From: Opitutales bacterium
GTDB taxonomy: Bacteria > Verrucomicrobiota > Verrucomicrobiia > Opitutales > Coraliomargaritaceae
Reading direction: 5' to 3'
Assembly: GCA_049598495.1 (NCBI GenBank)
Contig: JBMYNR010000021.1
Location: 1 to 27,685, forward strand
Length of the DNA stretch: 27,685 bases
The translations under genes were made by a program, and so were the position numbers. The notes under the pieces were generated by a model that saw only the letters and a program-made list of their open reading frames with translations, ran no database searches and was not told the origin of the DNA. Shown here piece after piece: positions 9,328 to 18,584 of this stretch. The first letter of the stretch is position 1, and every line of letters starts with the position of its first letter.

Positions 9328-9370
9328 GCCAGAGTTTTCGTCCGCACCCCTGTGCGGGCCACCAATTCAG

Positions 9371-9925
9371 ATGGAAAACACTAACCTAGCGTATGACAGT
9401 AAAGTGGAGGGTGAAGTCATTGTCACTCAAGCAGATGCTGTGATTAACTGGATCCGGAAACACTCCGTTTGGCCGATGCCGATGGGTTTGGCTTGTTGTG
9501 CGATCGAGCTAATGGCGGCTGGTGGTTCTCGCTTTGATATTTCCCGTTTTGGTATGGAGGTCATGCGTTTTTCGCCTCGTCAGGCCGACTGCATGATCGT
9601 GGCCGGAACGGTGACTTACAAAATGGCGGAGGTTGTGCGTCGAATTTACGAACAAATGGCCGAGCCCAAGTGGGTCGTTGCGATGGGAGCCTGCGCCAGT
9701 ACGGGGGGGATGTATCGTTCCTATGCGACTTTGCAGGGTGTCGACCGGATCATCCCCGTCGATGTCTATGTGAGCGGATGTCCGCCGCGCCCGGAGGCAC
9801 TTCTTGATGCCATGATTAAACTGCAGGACAAGATTGGCCGTGAACGCTCGGTCAAGAACTTGACCGCTCGAAACAGTCAACCCGCCGATGAGGCGGAATT
9901 GGCTGTAGCAGGAAAGGAGAGTTAA
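9371..9925 (+). CDS. nuoB: NADH-quinone oxidoreductase subunit B
   Basis: 'GLACCAIE', 'SPRQAD', 'MGACASTGG', 'GCPPRPE' (N2 ligands); ATG at 9371. Confidence 0.97.
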   Translation: MENTNLAYDSKVEGEVIVTQADAVINWIRKHSVWPMPMGLACCAIELMAAGGSRFDISRFGMEVMRFSPRQADCMIVAGTVTYKMAEVVRRIYEQMAEPKWVVAMGACASTGGMYRSYATLQGVDRIIPVDVYVSGCPPRPEALLDAMIKLQDKIGRERSVKNLTARNSQPADEAELAVAGKES

Positions 9926-9928
9926 GCG

Positions 9929-10543
9929 ATGGCTGAGAGCACGTTTGCTCAACTGAAGGAGCGCTTCGATTATCTCTCCGAGCGTGCGTCCTCGGATCAT
10001 TTGGCAGTCAACTGCCCAGCTGATAAGCTTGTCGATTTGTGCACGGCCTTGCGGGATGAGTTCGCCTACGATCTACTCATCGACCTGACCGCGATCGATT
10101 GGGATGCTCAGAGCCCCCGCTTTACCGGAATGGTTCATCTGCTTTCGACATCCAAGCATGAATATCTGCGAATCGCATCGGACTGCCCGGATGACATTCA
10201 TCCGGTCCTGCCTTCGCTCAGTGGAGTATTCGCTGCCGCAAACTGGCACGAGCGTGAGACCTATGATTTGATGGGTATTACCTACGAGGGTCATCCCGAC
10301 CTGCGCCGCATCCTTATGTGGGACAGCTACCCCTATCACCCGCTTCGAAAGGAGTTTCCGCTTGCAGGTATCGAGGTGCCGCTACCGGCCGATGATGTGG
10401 CCAAAGCCACAGGCGCGACGGTCCTTCCGGCTCCAATGATGGGCGGCCCATTCGTCTCCTCCGGGGACGGACCCATGAGCCAATCCGAGCCGAGTGCCCG
10501 CGATGAGAGTTGGACGGAGCAAAAGGAAAAACCCGTAGACTAA
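9929..10543 (+). CDS. nuoC: NADH-quinone oxidoreductase subunit C
   Basis: 'ANWHERETYDLMGITYEGHPDLRRIL', 'HPLRKEFP'. Confidence 0.96.
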   Translation: MAESTFAQLKERFDYLSERASSDHLAVNCPADKLVDLCTALRDEFAYDLLIDLTAIDWDAQSPRFTGMVHLLSTSKHEYLRIASDCPDDIHPVLPSLSGVFAAANWHERETYDLMGITYEGHPDLRRILMWDSYPYHPLRKEFPLAGIEVPLPADDVAKATGATVLPAPMMGGPFVSSGDGPMSQSEPSARDESWTEQKEKPVD

Positions 10544-10552
10544 TTTTATCCC

Positions 10553-11794
10553 ATGGCCACGACCACAAAAGAAATTTCGATCGGCGACGTTGGTGCCCGC
10601 TCCGGAGAGCAGGAGGCGGCGCTGCAGGGCGAGACAATGGCGATTAACGTGGGACCATCGCATCCCACAACTCACGGCGTGCTCCGCTTGATGATGGAGC
10701 TCGATGGAGACATCGTGAAAAAGTGTGAACCCGTGTTGGGTTATTTACACCGCGGTGACGAGAAGATCGCTGAGAACATGACTTACAATCAGTTCGTGCC
10801 CTACACGGACCGGCTGGATTATCTGGCGCCACTGGCCAACAATGTCGCCTATGCGATGGCTGTTGAGAAGCTTGCCAAGCTCGAGGTGCCCGAGCGCTGT
10901 GAGGCGATTCGTGTATTATGCTGTGAGTTAGCCCGCATTTCCTCTCACTTACTCGGGATCGGTGTCTATGGTATGGATGCAGGTGCCTGGACGGTCTTTA
11001 TGTATACCTTCACCGAGCGAGAGAAACTTTACACGCTCTTTGAAGAGCTCACGGGCGCTCGTTTTACCACCAGCTATACTCGTATCGGTGGCGTAGCACG
11101 GGATATTCCGGAAGGCTGGCTCGGCCGTGTGCTGGAGTTTTGCAAGGGTGTTCTCGAGGTTCTCGACCAAGTGGACAAGTTACTGACCCGCAACCGTATT
11201 TTTATGGATCGCACGGTCGGTATTGGTGCCATTTCCAAGGAGGATGCCGTTTCCTACGGCTTGACCGGACCGAATCTCCGTGCGTCAGGAGTTGATCTCG
11301 ATCTTCGCAAGGATAAGCCCTACCTCGGGTATGAAAAATTCGATTTTGAAGTGCCGGTTGGGGTGAATGGCGATTGCTACGATCGCTACCTTATGCGTGC
11401 GGAAGAAGTTCGTCAAAGTGTGAGTATTATTCGCCAGTGCATCGATAAGTTTCCTGAAGGGAGCTACTATGCGGAAGACGCGAAGAAAATCTTCGCCCCT
11501 CAAAAGGCCAAGGTGCTCACGAGCATGGAGGAGTTGATTCAAAACTTCATGATTGTGACCGAAGGGCCACAGATTCCTGCGGGTGAAGTCTACTTCGAGG
11601 CGGAAAATCCTAAGGGTGCTCTCGGCTTTTTCATCGTCTCCAAAGGGGGTGGGGTGCCTTACCGCCTGAAGATTCGAGGTCCATCCTTCTGCAACCTCAG
11701 TATCCTCGATAAACTCATTCCGGGGCACTACCTAACCGATATTACTGTCATCCTCGGCTCGCTCGACTTCGTGATGGGAGAATGTGATCGTTAG
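10553..11794 (+). CDS. nuoD: NADH-quinone oxidoreductase subunit D
   Basis: 'NVGPSHPTTHGVLRL', 'GYLHRGDEK', 'DRLDY', 'LDFVMGECDR'. Confidence 0.97.
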   Translation: MATTTKEISIGDVGARSGEQEAALQGETMAINVGPSHPTTHGVLRLMMELDGDIVKKCEPVLGYLHRGDEKIAENMTYNQFVPYTDRLDYLAPLANNVAYAMAVEKLAKLEVPERCEAIRVLCCELARISSHLLGIGVYGMDAGAWTVFMYTFTEREKLYTLFEELTGARFTTSYTRIGGVARDIPEGWLGRVLEFCKGVLEVLDQVDKLLTRNRIFMDRTVGIGAISKEDAVSYGLTGPNLRASGVDLDLRKDKPYLGYEKFDFEVPVGVNGDCYDRYLMRAEEVRQSVSIIRQCIDKFPEGSYYAEDAKKIFAPQKAKVLTSMEELIQNFMIVTEGPQIPAGEVYFEAENPKGALGFFIVSKGGGVPYRLKIRGPSFCNLSILDKLIPGHYLTDITVILGSLDFVMGECDR

Positions 11795-11830
11795 GAAATG
11801 CTTAATTTTGAAAGCTGAAAAGCTGAAGCT

Positions 11831-12328
11831 ATGAATTTAAAACCCGAAACAATTGAGAAGATCAACAAGTTGGTGCCTCGCTACCCGACTATGCGAAGCG
11901 CGGCGCTGCCACTTTGCCACCTTGTTCAGGAGGACCAGGGCTACCTCTCCAACGAAGCAATGGAGTGGATTGCCGATCGCCTCGAGTTGGAGCCGATCAA
12001 TATTGCTGAGATCGTAACTTTCTATCCGATGCTCCGTACGGAACCGACCGGTCAATACCATGTGCGTGTCTGCCGAACGCTTCCATGTGCACTTTCGGGG
12101 GCCTATCAGACTTGTAAGGTATTTGAAGAGGCGTTCGATTGCAAGGTCGGCCAGACCAGTAAGGACGGGAAGTTGACACTCGAGTTCGTTGAGTGTCATG
12201 CGGATTGTGGCAAGGCACCCGTCGTCATGGTCGGTGAAGATGAATACACCGGCATCGACACGGAAAAGGCAGCTGAAATGGTGGCTAGGATGAAGCGCGG
12301 CGAGCTCTCCAATGGAATGCCTGCATAA
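11831..12328 (+). CDS. nuoE: NADH-quinone oxidoreductase subunit E
   Basis: 'VTFYPM', 2Fe-2S ligands CRTLPC and CHADC. Confidence 0.95.
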   Translation: MNLKPETIEKINKLVPRYPTMRSAALPLCHLVQEDQGYLSNEAMEWIADRLELEPINIAEIVTFYPMLRTEPTGQYHVRVCRTLPCALSGAYQTCKVFEEAFDCKVGQTSKDGKLTLEFVECHADCGKAPVVMVGEDEYTGIDTEKAAEMVARMKRGELSNGMPA

Positions 12329-12370
12329 ATGATCTCTTCTTTCTTAGATTTTATTTCCTAATTTTAAATA

Positions 12371-13735
12371 ATGGCACTCGAAGAAACCAGATTGATTTTC
12401 AAGCACGTCGATGAAGAGGGTTACACCAATGACATCGATTGCTACATCAAGAACGGCGGCTATGATGACCTGAAAAAGGCCGTCGCCATGAAACCAGAAG
12501 ACATCTGTGCCGAAGTGCTGGCCTCGGGGGTGCGTGGCCGTGGCGGTGCCGGATTTCCGGCGGGGATGAAGTGGAAGTTCCTCGATCGTAAGTCCGGTAA
12601 ACCGATCTACCTCATCTGCAATGCCGATGAGTCCGAACCGGGCACCTTCAAGGATCGCCAAATTATCCATCAGGATCCTCACCAACTGATCGAAGGTATG
12701 ATGTGTGCGGCTTTTGCCATCCAGGCGAAACTCGCATTTATCTACATCCGTGGGGAATTCTTCGAAGGCTATCGGATTCTCGAGCGTGCGATCGAAGAAG
12801 CCCGAGAGAAAAATTTCCTCGGCGATAATATTCTCGGCTCCGGCTATTCCTGTGACATCATTGTCCATCGCGGCGCCGGTGCCTATATCTGTGGCGAGGA
12901 GACGGGCCTTATTGAATCACTTGAGGGCAATCGAGCGAATCCCCGTATCAAGCCTCCATACTTTCCGGCTGCTTTAGGCGTCTATCAATGCCCGACCATC
13001 GTGAACAACGTGGAGACCCTCTGTGATGTGAAACACATCGTCCGTATGGGCGGTGAAGCGTTTGCCAAGATTGGGACTCCCGGCAATACGGGTACCCGAA
13101 TTTGGTGTGTTTCCGGTCACGTGCAAAAACCCGGCTACTACGAGTTCGCCTGTGCGGATGTGACCCTGGGGGAGCTCATTTACGACGTCTGCGGTGGCCT
13201 CAAGCCAGGGCGTAAGCTCAAGGCCGTGATACCCGGTGGTTCCTCTGCGAAGATTCTTCGCGCCGATGAGCGCTTCACGGGTAAACTTAAGGACGGCACC
13301 GAATATGACTGGGGTATCGAGGATATCCCGATGGATTTTGATAGCCTGGCAGCAGTCGGATCGATGTCCGGTTCAGGCGGGGTCATTGTTATGGATGATT
13401 CGACGGATATGGTCGAGGCACTCGCCAATATCAACTATTTCTATGCCCACGAAAGCTGTGGTCAATGCACTCCCTGCCGTGAGGGTGTTCCCTGGATGCG
13501 CAAGGTGACTCAGCGTATGCTTGATGGAGAAGCGCGCGAAGAAGACGCCGACCTGCTCAAGTCCATTGCCGATCAAATCGCCGGGCGCACGATTTGTGCC
13601 TTCGGTGAAGCCGCCTCCTGGCCGGTTCAGAGCTTTATCGCCAAGTTCAAGGACGAGTTTGTAGAAAAGGCGCAGGAGCAGGCGGCTCGCCGAAAAGAGG
13701 GCAAGCCCACCGCGCAGGAAACGACTCTTATTTAG
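12371..13735 (+). CDS. nuoF: NADH-quinone oxidoreductase subunit F
   Basis: 'GRGGAGFPAG', 'NADESEPGTFKDR', 'GAGAYICGEET', 'ESCGQCTPCREG'. Confidence 0.97.
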   Translation: MALEETRLIFKHVDEEGYTNDIDCYIKNGGYDDLKKAVAMKPEDICAEVLASGVRGRGGAGFPAGMKWKFLDRKSGKPIYLICNADESEPGTFKDRQIIHQDPHQLIEGMMCAAFAIQAKLAFIYIRGEFFEGYRILERAIEEAREKNFLGDNILGSGYSCDIIVHRGAGAYICGEETGLIESLEGNRANPRIKPPYFPAALGVYQCPTIVNNVETLCDVKHIVRMGGEAFAKIGTPGNTGTRIWCVSGHVQKPGYYEFACADVTLGELIYDVCGGLKPGRKLKAVIPGGSSAKILRADERFTGKLKDGTEYDWGIEDIPMDFDSLAAVGSMSGSGGVIVMDDSTDMVEALANINYFYAHESCGQCTPCREGVPWMRKVTQRMLDGEAREEDADLLKSIADQIAGRTICAFGEAASWPVQSFIAKFKDEFVEKAQEQAARRKEGKPTAQETTLI

Positions 13736-13764
13736 GAACCAGAATACAGGATTCAGAACTCAGG
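13734..13764 (+). repeat. Upstream 7-mer tandem array of the four-helix-bundle module
   Basis: AGGAACC-AGAATAC-AGGATTC-AGAACTC-AGG directly before the ATG. Confidence 0.8.
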
Positions 13765-14127
13765 ATGAAGACCGCAAAGACATTTGAAGACCTGATCGTA
13801 TGGCAAAAAGCCCATGCGTTCCTTCTTTGCGTCTACAAGTTGACTGCCGTGTTCCCTAAAGAGAAGTTATATGGATTGTCGTCGCAGTTTCGTCGCGCGG
13901 CGGTATCGATTGCTGCCAATATTACCGAGGGATTCCGTAAGCGCGGAGATGCGGACAAGGTCCGATTTTTGAATATTTCTCAGGGCTCTCTCGAAGAGTG
14001 CCGCTACTATCTACGTTTAACCACTGATCTCAACTGCGAAGACGTCACGGAATCGAGGGGCTTGCTGGAGGAAACAAGCAAGCTTCTCAATGCTTACCAG
14101 AAAGCGATTCTGAATTCTGTCTCCTGA
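13765..14127 (+). CDS. Four helix bundle protein (23S rRNA IVP / TIGR02436-like)
   Basis: 'FEDLIVWQKA', 'FPKEKLYGLSSQFRRAAVSIAANITEG', 'RFLNISQGSLEE'. Confidence 0.93.
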   Translation: MKTAKTFEDLIVWQKAHAFLLCVYKLTAVFPKEKLYGLSSQFRRAAVSIAANITEGFRKRGDADKVRFLNISQGSLEECRYYLRLTTDLNCEDVTESRGLLEETSKLLNAYQKAILNSVS

Positions 14128-14139
14128 GGCCTGAATTCT
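14105..14139 (-). repeat. Downstream 7-mer tandem array, reverse complement of the upstream array
   Basis: CGATTCT-GAATTCT-GTCTCCT-GAGGCCT-GAATTCT; overlaps the last codons and the stop. Confidence 0.8.
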
Positions 14140-14149
14140 AATTTTAAGA

Positions 14150-15874
14150 ATGAAGATCGATAGCATCGTCGAACACGTAACCATCAATATTGACGGTCAG
14201 GATATTGATGTCCCCAAGGGTATTAACATCATTGAGGCGGTCAAGATGGCTGGCAAAGGTAAGGAGGTTCCGCACTACTGCTACCATCCTAAGCTATCCA
14301 TCGCGGGTAACTGCCGGATGTGCATGATCGAAATGGGCATGCCGATGCGGGACCGTGCCACCGGTGAGGCGATTCTCGACGAGGATGGCAAACAAAAGAT
14401 CGGCTGGATGCCGAAGCCGACGATTGGCTGTGCTACCAATGCCGCGCCGGGGATGCATATCCGAACAGACTCTGAGATGGTGAAAGAGTCCCGCAACGGC
14501 GTGACCGAGTTTCTCCTTATCAATCACCCACTGGACTGTCCGATCTGCGATCAGGCAGGGGAGTGTCGTCTTCAGGAGTTTTCCGCCGACCATGGTCGCG
14601 GCTACAGTCGTTTCATTGAGGATAAAAATGTGAAGCCAAAGCGCACGCGCCTCGGCCCACGGGTCACGCTGGATGACGAACGTTGCATCCTATGTTCCCG
14701 TTGTGTTCGTTTCAGCAAAGAGGTAGCTGGAGATGATGTGCTTGGCTTCGTGGATCGAGGCACTTATTCGACCCTGACTTGCTATCCGGGTAAGGAACTC
14801 ACACACAATTACTCACTGAATACGGTGGATATTTGCCCCGTGGGTGCCCTTACCAGTACGGATTTCCGGTTCAAAATGCGTGTATGGTTCCTCAAGCGGA
14901 CAAACAGTATATGTACCGAGAGCAGTGTCGGCGCCAACACCGAGATATGGAGCCGGGAAGGTAAGATCTATCGAATCACGCCGCGTCGTAATGACGAGGT
15001 CAATGATACTTGGATGACCGATTCCGGTCGGTCGCTCTACAAGGCATCCGAGTCGGAGGATCGTTTGACCCACTATACAATCGATGGTGTCCATAAGACT
15101 TCCGACGAGGCAGCGGCGGCCGCCGTTGATTTACTTCGTGGAGATGATATCGCGATTGTCGCCTCAGCGCACAGCTCGGTGGAAGAACAGTTTTTCTATA
15201 AGACCATCGCTGAGCGCAGTGCTGCCACTGTGTCCATGGTCAGCCATTATGGGGAAGGGGATGGTCTTCTGCTCTCTGAAGACCACAGTCCGAATTTGCG
15301 AGGTGCCTTAATCAATGACTTGATCGATCAACTACCCGGATCGAATCTCGAATCGCTGGCGCGTGATGTGAACACCGGCTCGGTTAAGACCATCCTGGCG
15401 GTCAACGAAGACCTTACTGAACTGGGGCTGAGTAAGGAGCTGCTCGGGGCTGTGAAGATCATCTATGTGGGCACCCACGCCAATGCAACCAGTGAGATTG
15501 CCGACGTGGTGATCCCTTCGCTTATGGTTTTCGAGAAGGACGGTTCGTTCATCAACCAGAATTTCCGACTACAGAAATTCAAGGCGGCGGTCCCCGGGCC
15601 ACGTGGTGTGGAGCCCGACTTTACCGTATTGGAGAAAATTTCGGCTCCGCTTGGCGAAGAGAAAGCGGCCCCTGTTACGATCGATGCTGTTTGGGAACGT
15701 ATGACATCGAAGCATTCTCAGTTGGATGACGCGCTTCGTTGGCGCTCACTGCCGGATGCAGGTCTTGCCCTCGATGCGTCCGCCTTTCTCAATCTCGACT
15801 TTGTCGAATCCAAAAATCTTAAATACGATCCCGATGCCTTTAAGGAGGCATACGCCACACCCGTTGGTGTCTAA
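14150..15874 (+). CDS. nuoG: NADH-quinone oxidoreductase subunit G (short form)
   Basis: 'YCYHPKLSIAGNCRMC', 'NHPLDCPICDQAGEC', 'CILCSRC', 'DICPVGAL'. Confidence 0.95.
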   Translation: MKIDSIVEHVTINIDGQDIDVPKGINIIEAVKMAGKGKEVPHYCYHPKLSIAGNCRMCMIEMGMPMRDRATGEAILDEDGKQKIGWMPKPTIGCATNAAPGMHIRTDSEMVKESRNGVTEFLLINHPLDCPICDQAGECRLQEFSADHGRGYSRFIEDKNVKPKRTRLGPRVTLDDERCILCSRCVRFSKEVAGDDVLGFVDRGTYSTLTCYPGKELTHNYSLNTVDICPVGALTSTDFRFKMRVWFLKRTNSICTESSVGANTEIWSREGKIYRITPRRNDEVNDTWMTDSGRSLYKASESEDRLTHYTIDGVHKTSDEAAAAAVDLLRGDDIAIVASAHSSVEEQFFYKTIAERSAATVSMVSHYGEGDGLLLSEDHSPNLRGALINDLIDQLPGSNLESLARDVNTGSVKTILAVNEDLTELGLSKELLGAVKIIYVGTHANATSEIADVVIPSLMVFEKDGSFINQNFRLQKFKAAVPGPRGVEPDFTVLEKISAPLGEEKAAPVTIDAVWERMTSKHSQLDDALRWRSLPDAGLALDASAFLNLDFVESKNLKYDPDAFKEAYATPVGV

Positions 15875-15884
15875 TGTCCTCAGT

Positions 15885-16013
15885 ATGACTATTGCCAATA
15901 TTCCTTTCGACGCCCGTAGCACGTTAACGACAGTCAATGTGACCGAACACCGTGGCTGCAACGACACTGGCTCTCGCCAGCGTTCTACATTCAACTTTCG
16001 AAACGAAGCCTAA
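15885..16013 (+). pseudogene. Probable N-terminal remnant of a DHCW-motif cupin-fold gene (42 codons)
   Basis: MTIANIPF...TVNVTEHRG resembles, from memory, that family's N-terminus (M..IPF...W..V..TEH.G); the sequence then diverges and stops. Confidence 0.4.
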
Positions 16014-16034
16014 AGCCAGAAGCGACCCACCGAC

Positions 16035-17147
16035 ATGGAATTAATCGACGCATTTCTGCCTTACATCCTTCCGATCATCTATGCGGTTGCGATGATCTCC
16101 GTTTTTATGGGGCTTTGCAGCTACTCTGTTCTCGCCGAGCGTAAGGTCTCCAGCTGGATTCAGGGGCGCGTGGGGCCCAATCGAACGCGCGTGCCTCTCA
16201 TTGGGCACCTTCCTATCATCGGAAACCTAATGACGGGTCTCGGTCTATTTCAGCCGGCCGCCGATGGCTTGAAGTTTCTCTTTAAGGAAGAGATTACACC
16301 CGGCCACGTAAAGAAGGGTTATTACCATCTGGCGCCGATTGTGGCACTGGCCCCGGCTCTGACCACGATGGTGGTGCTCCCCTTTGGCCGCTATGTGGAT
16401 GCTGACGGTGTTTCTCAACCCCTTGTTCTCGCCAACCTCGACATCGGCATGCTCATCATTCTCGCGATTTCTTCGCTGGGCGTCTACGGTATCGTTTTGG
16501 CGGGATGGGCATCCAATAGTAAATATCCTTTCCTCGGGGGCGTCCGCGCCTCTGCGCAGATGATCTCTTATGAGCTCGCGATGGGGCTGGCCTTGCTGCC
16601 TGTCTTTATGTGGGCCGCCGCTCCCGGTTCCGAATACGGGATGAATTTGTTTGGAGTCGTGCAATCACAGCACGGACCGTGGCTCATTCTCTGGCAGCCG
16701 CTCTCCGCCTTGATTTTCCTCGTGGCCCTCTTTGCTGAGACCAATCGTCTTCCCTTTGACATGGCTGAATCGGAGACGGATCTGGTCGGTGGTTTTCATA
16801 CCGAATATGGCTGTTTCAAGTTCGGCCTCTTCTTTGTTGCTGAGTATGCCCATATCATCATGGGCTCCGCCGTCTTCGTCATCCTTTTCCTCGGGGGCTG
16901 GAACTTCCTGCCTTGGGTCGCCGATCCTTGGTCGACCGGGCTCATCGGCACACTGCTTTCCGTTGGCTGGTTTATGGCCAAGGTCTTTTTTATGATCTTC
17001 TTCTTCATTTGGATGCGCTGGACCCTGCCGCGCTTCCGTTACGACCAAGTCATGTCGCTTGGTTGGAAGATTCTCCTCCCACTCGCAGTCGGTAATCTGG
17101 TGCTCAACACCGTGATCATCGCGCTCTACGATTCCTTCACCCGCTAA
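16035..17147 (+). CDS. nuoH: NADH-quinone oxidoreductase subunit H
   Basis: 'ERKV..WIQGRVGPNR', 'QPAADGLKFLFKE', 'AETNRLPFD', 'TLPRFRYDQ'. Confidence 0.97.
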   Translation: MELIDAFLPYILPIIYAVAMISVFMGLCSYSVLAERKVSSWIQGRVGPNRTRVPLIGHLPIIGNLMTGLGLFQPAADGLKFLFKEEITPGHVKKGYYHLAPIVALAPALTTMVVLPFGRYVDADGVSQPLVLANLDIGMLIILAISSLGVYGIVLAGWASNSKYPFLGGVRASAQMISYELAMGLALLPVFMWAAAPGSEYGMNLFGVVQSQHGPWLILWQPLSALIFLVALFAETNRLPFDMAESETDLVGGFHTEYGCFKFGLFFVAEYAHIIMGSAVFVILFLGGWNFLPWVADPWSTGLIGTLLSVGWFMAKVFFMIFFFIWMRWTLPRFRYDQVMSLGWKILLPLAVGNLVLNTVIIALYDSFTR

Positions 17148-17152
17148 ACATC

Positions 17153-17701
17153 ATGGCTAAGACAAAAGTTCTCGAACGTAAGCCGCTGTCCTTTGCGGAG
17201 AAGACCTTTCTGCCGCAGATTGCCAGTGGTCTGAAGACGACCCTCGGCACTATGTTCCAGAAGTCGGTCACGCTGCAGTATCCGGAGGAACGCCCCAATA
17301 TCCCGGACAACTATCGTGGTGTGCCGACTTTGGTTAAAGACCCAAATGGTCGGGAGAAATGTGTCTCCTGTCAGCTTTGCGAGTTTGTTTGCCCGCCCAA
17401 GGCAATTCGGATCACTCCGGGTGAGATTGATGCCGAGACCGATCCGGACCGCGCGCACGTAGAGAAGGCACCGAAAGAGTTCGATATTAACATGCTGCGC
17501 TGCATTTATTGCGGACTTTGCCAGGAGGTCTGTCCGGAGGAGGCGATATTTCTACAGGACATTTTCACGCTCTCCGGTTACTCTCGTGAGGAGATGATTA
17601 ACAACAAAGAAAAGCTCTACGAACTGGGCGGCACCTTGCCGGACCAGCACTACAAGTGGGATAAAAAGAAACAAGCGGAGGAGTCTGGTAACGCGCACTA
17701 G
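17153..17701 (+). CDS. nuoI: NADH-quinone oxidoreductase subunit I
   Basis: 'TLQYPEE' and two CxxCxxCxxxCP motifs. Confidence 0.97.
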   Translation: MAKTKVLERKPLSFAEKTFLPQIASGLKTTLGTMFQKSVTLQYPEERPNIPDNYRGVPTLVKDPNGREKCVSCQLCEFVCPPKAIRITPGEIDAETDPDRAHVEKAPKEFDINMLRCIYCGLCQEVCPEEAIFLQDIFTLSGYSREEMINNKEKLYELGGTLPDQHYKWDKKKQAEESGNAH

Positions 17702-17801
17702 CACAAAGTGCAAAGTAGATTTAAAGAATGCTCTAAGATCGAACACGCACTCAAGATACGGCCCACTTCTTATTACTCTCTAATTAATAATTTCACACTC
17801 A

Positions 17802-18356
17802 ATGCTAGACATACTGTTCTACATCTTCGCGGCGATCATGCTGATCTCTGCTCTCCTCATGGTGGTGAGTCCGAACGCTGTTAATGGCGCGATGTGCATG
17901 ATCGTCTCATTTGTCAGTACGGCGGCACTCTTCGTTCTCCTTGAAGCTTACTTTCTCGCCGTTCTGCAGATTCTTGTCTACGCGGGTGCCGTCATGGTGC
18001 TTTTCCTTTTTATCATCATGCTGCTGGATGTGGACAAGGACACCAACCAGTTACTGAAGGATAAGATGACACTGGCTGCGTCTGTGGCCGGATTTGCGCT
18101 TCTTGTAATTTTAATCTGCTCAGCTTTTGCGGGAGGACAGTATCTTCCGGAACCCGCGCTGCTGCCCGTTGCTGAGAATCCGACCGGGGAGGGGATCGGT
18201 ATCCCTTTCACCACTTCCGCCAAGTCTTTTGGCTATAGCCTCTTTACCAAATACATGCTGCCGCTCCAAGTGACCGGCTTCCTCCTGCTCGCTGCGATGA
18301 TTGGCGTGATCGTCGTGTCGAAACGACACGACGAGAGTGAGGACTTTAAAAAGTAG
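17802..18356 (+). CDS. nuoJ: NADH-quinone oxidoreductase subunit J
   Basis: 'QILVYAGAVMVLFLFIIMLL', 'LFTKYMLP'. Confidence 0.95.
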   Translation: MLDILFYIFAAIMLISALLMVVSPNAVNGAMCMIVSFVSTAALFVLLEAYFLAVLQILVYAGAVMVLFLFIIMLLDVDKDTNQLLKDKMTLAASVAGFALLVILICSAFAGGQYLPEPALLPVAENPTGEGIGIPFTTSAKSFGYSLFTKYMLPLQVTGFLLLAAMIGVIVVSKRHDESEDFKK

Positions 18357-18374
18357 AAATAAGAAAATACTGGC

Positions 18375-18584
18375 ATGAGCGAATCCAACCCGGCAGCTGA
18401 AAAGTCCTATGCATTTGCTTTGCGAATCATCAAGCTGCGGCGTTTTCTGTGCGAAGAAAAGTTAGAACATGATATTTCAAAACAGATATTACGATGCGGA
18501 ACATCTATCGGTGCGACCTTAGTAACCCTTAACAAAAGGACGAAGATAGCTAATGGTGCTACTCTCTTCTCTCTAATTTCTTAA
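18375..18584 (+). pseudogene. Internally deleted four helix bundle gene (second subfamily)
   Basis: 'EKSYAFALRIIKL...ISKQILRCGTSIGA' stops matching before the usual 'N..EA' motif; only 69 aa; AT-rich. Confidence 0.8.

Noticed and set aside
4997..9370. Extended N-termini in the ORF track for aspS (4997), the lptA-like gene (6920) and nuoB (9326)
   Set aside because: Family-typical starts or the signal peptide begin at the downstream ATGs 5036, 6971 and 9371.
13765..14127. Diversity-generating retroelement, because four-helix-bundle proteins resemble Avd
   Set aside because: No reverse transcriptase and no TR/VR pair differing specifically at adenines inside a target gene in this window.
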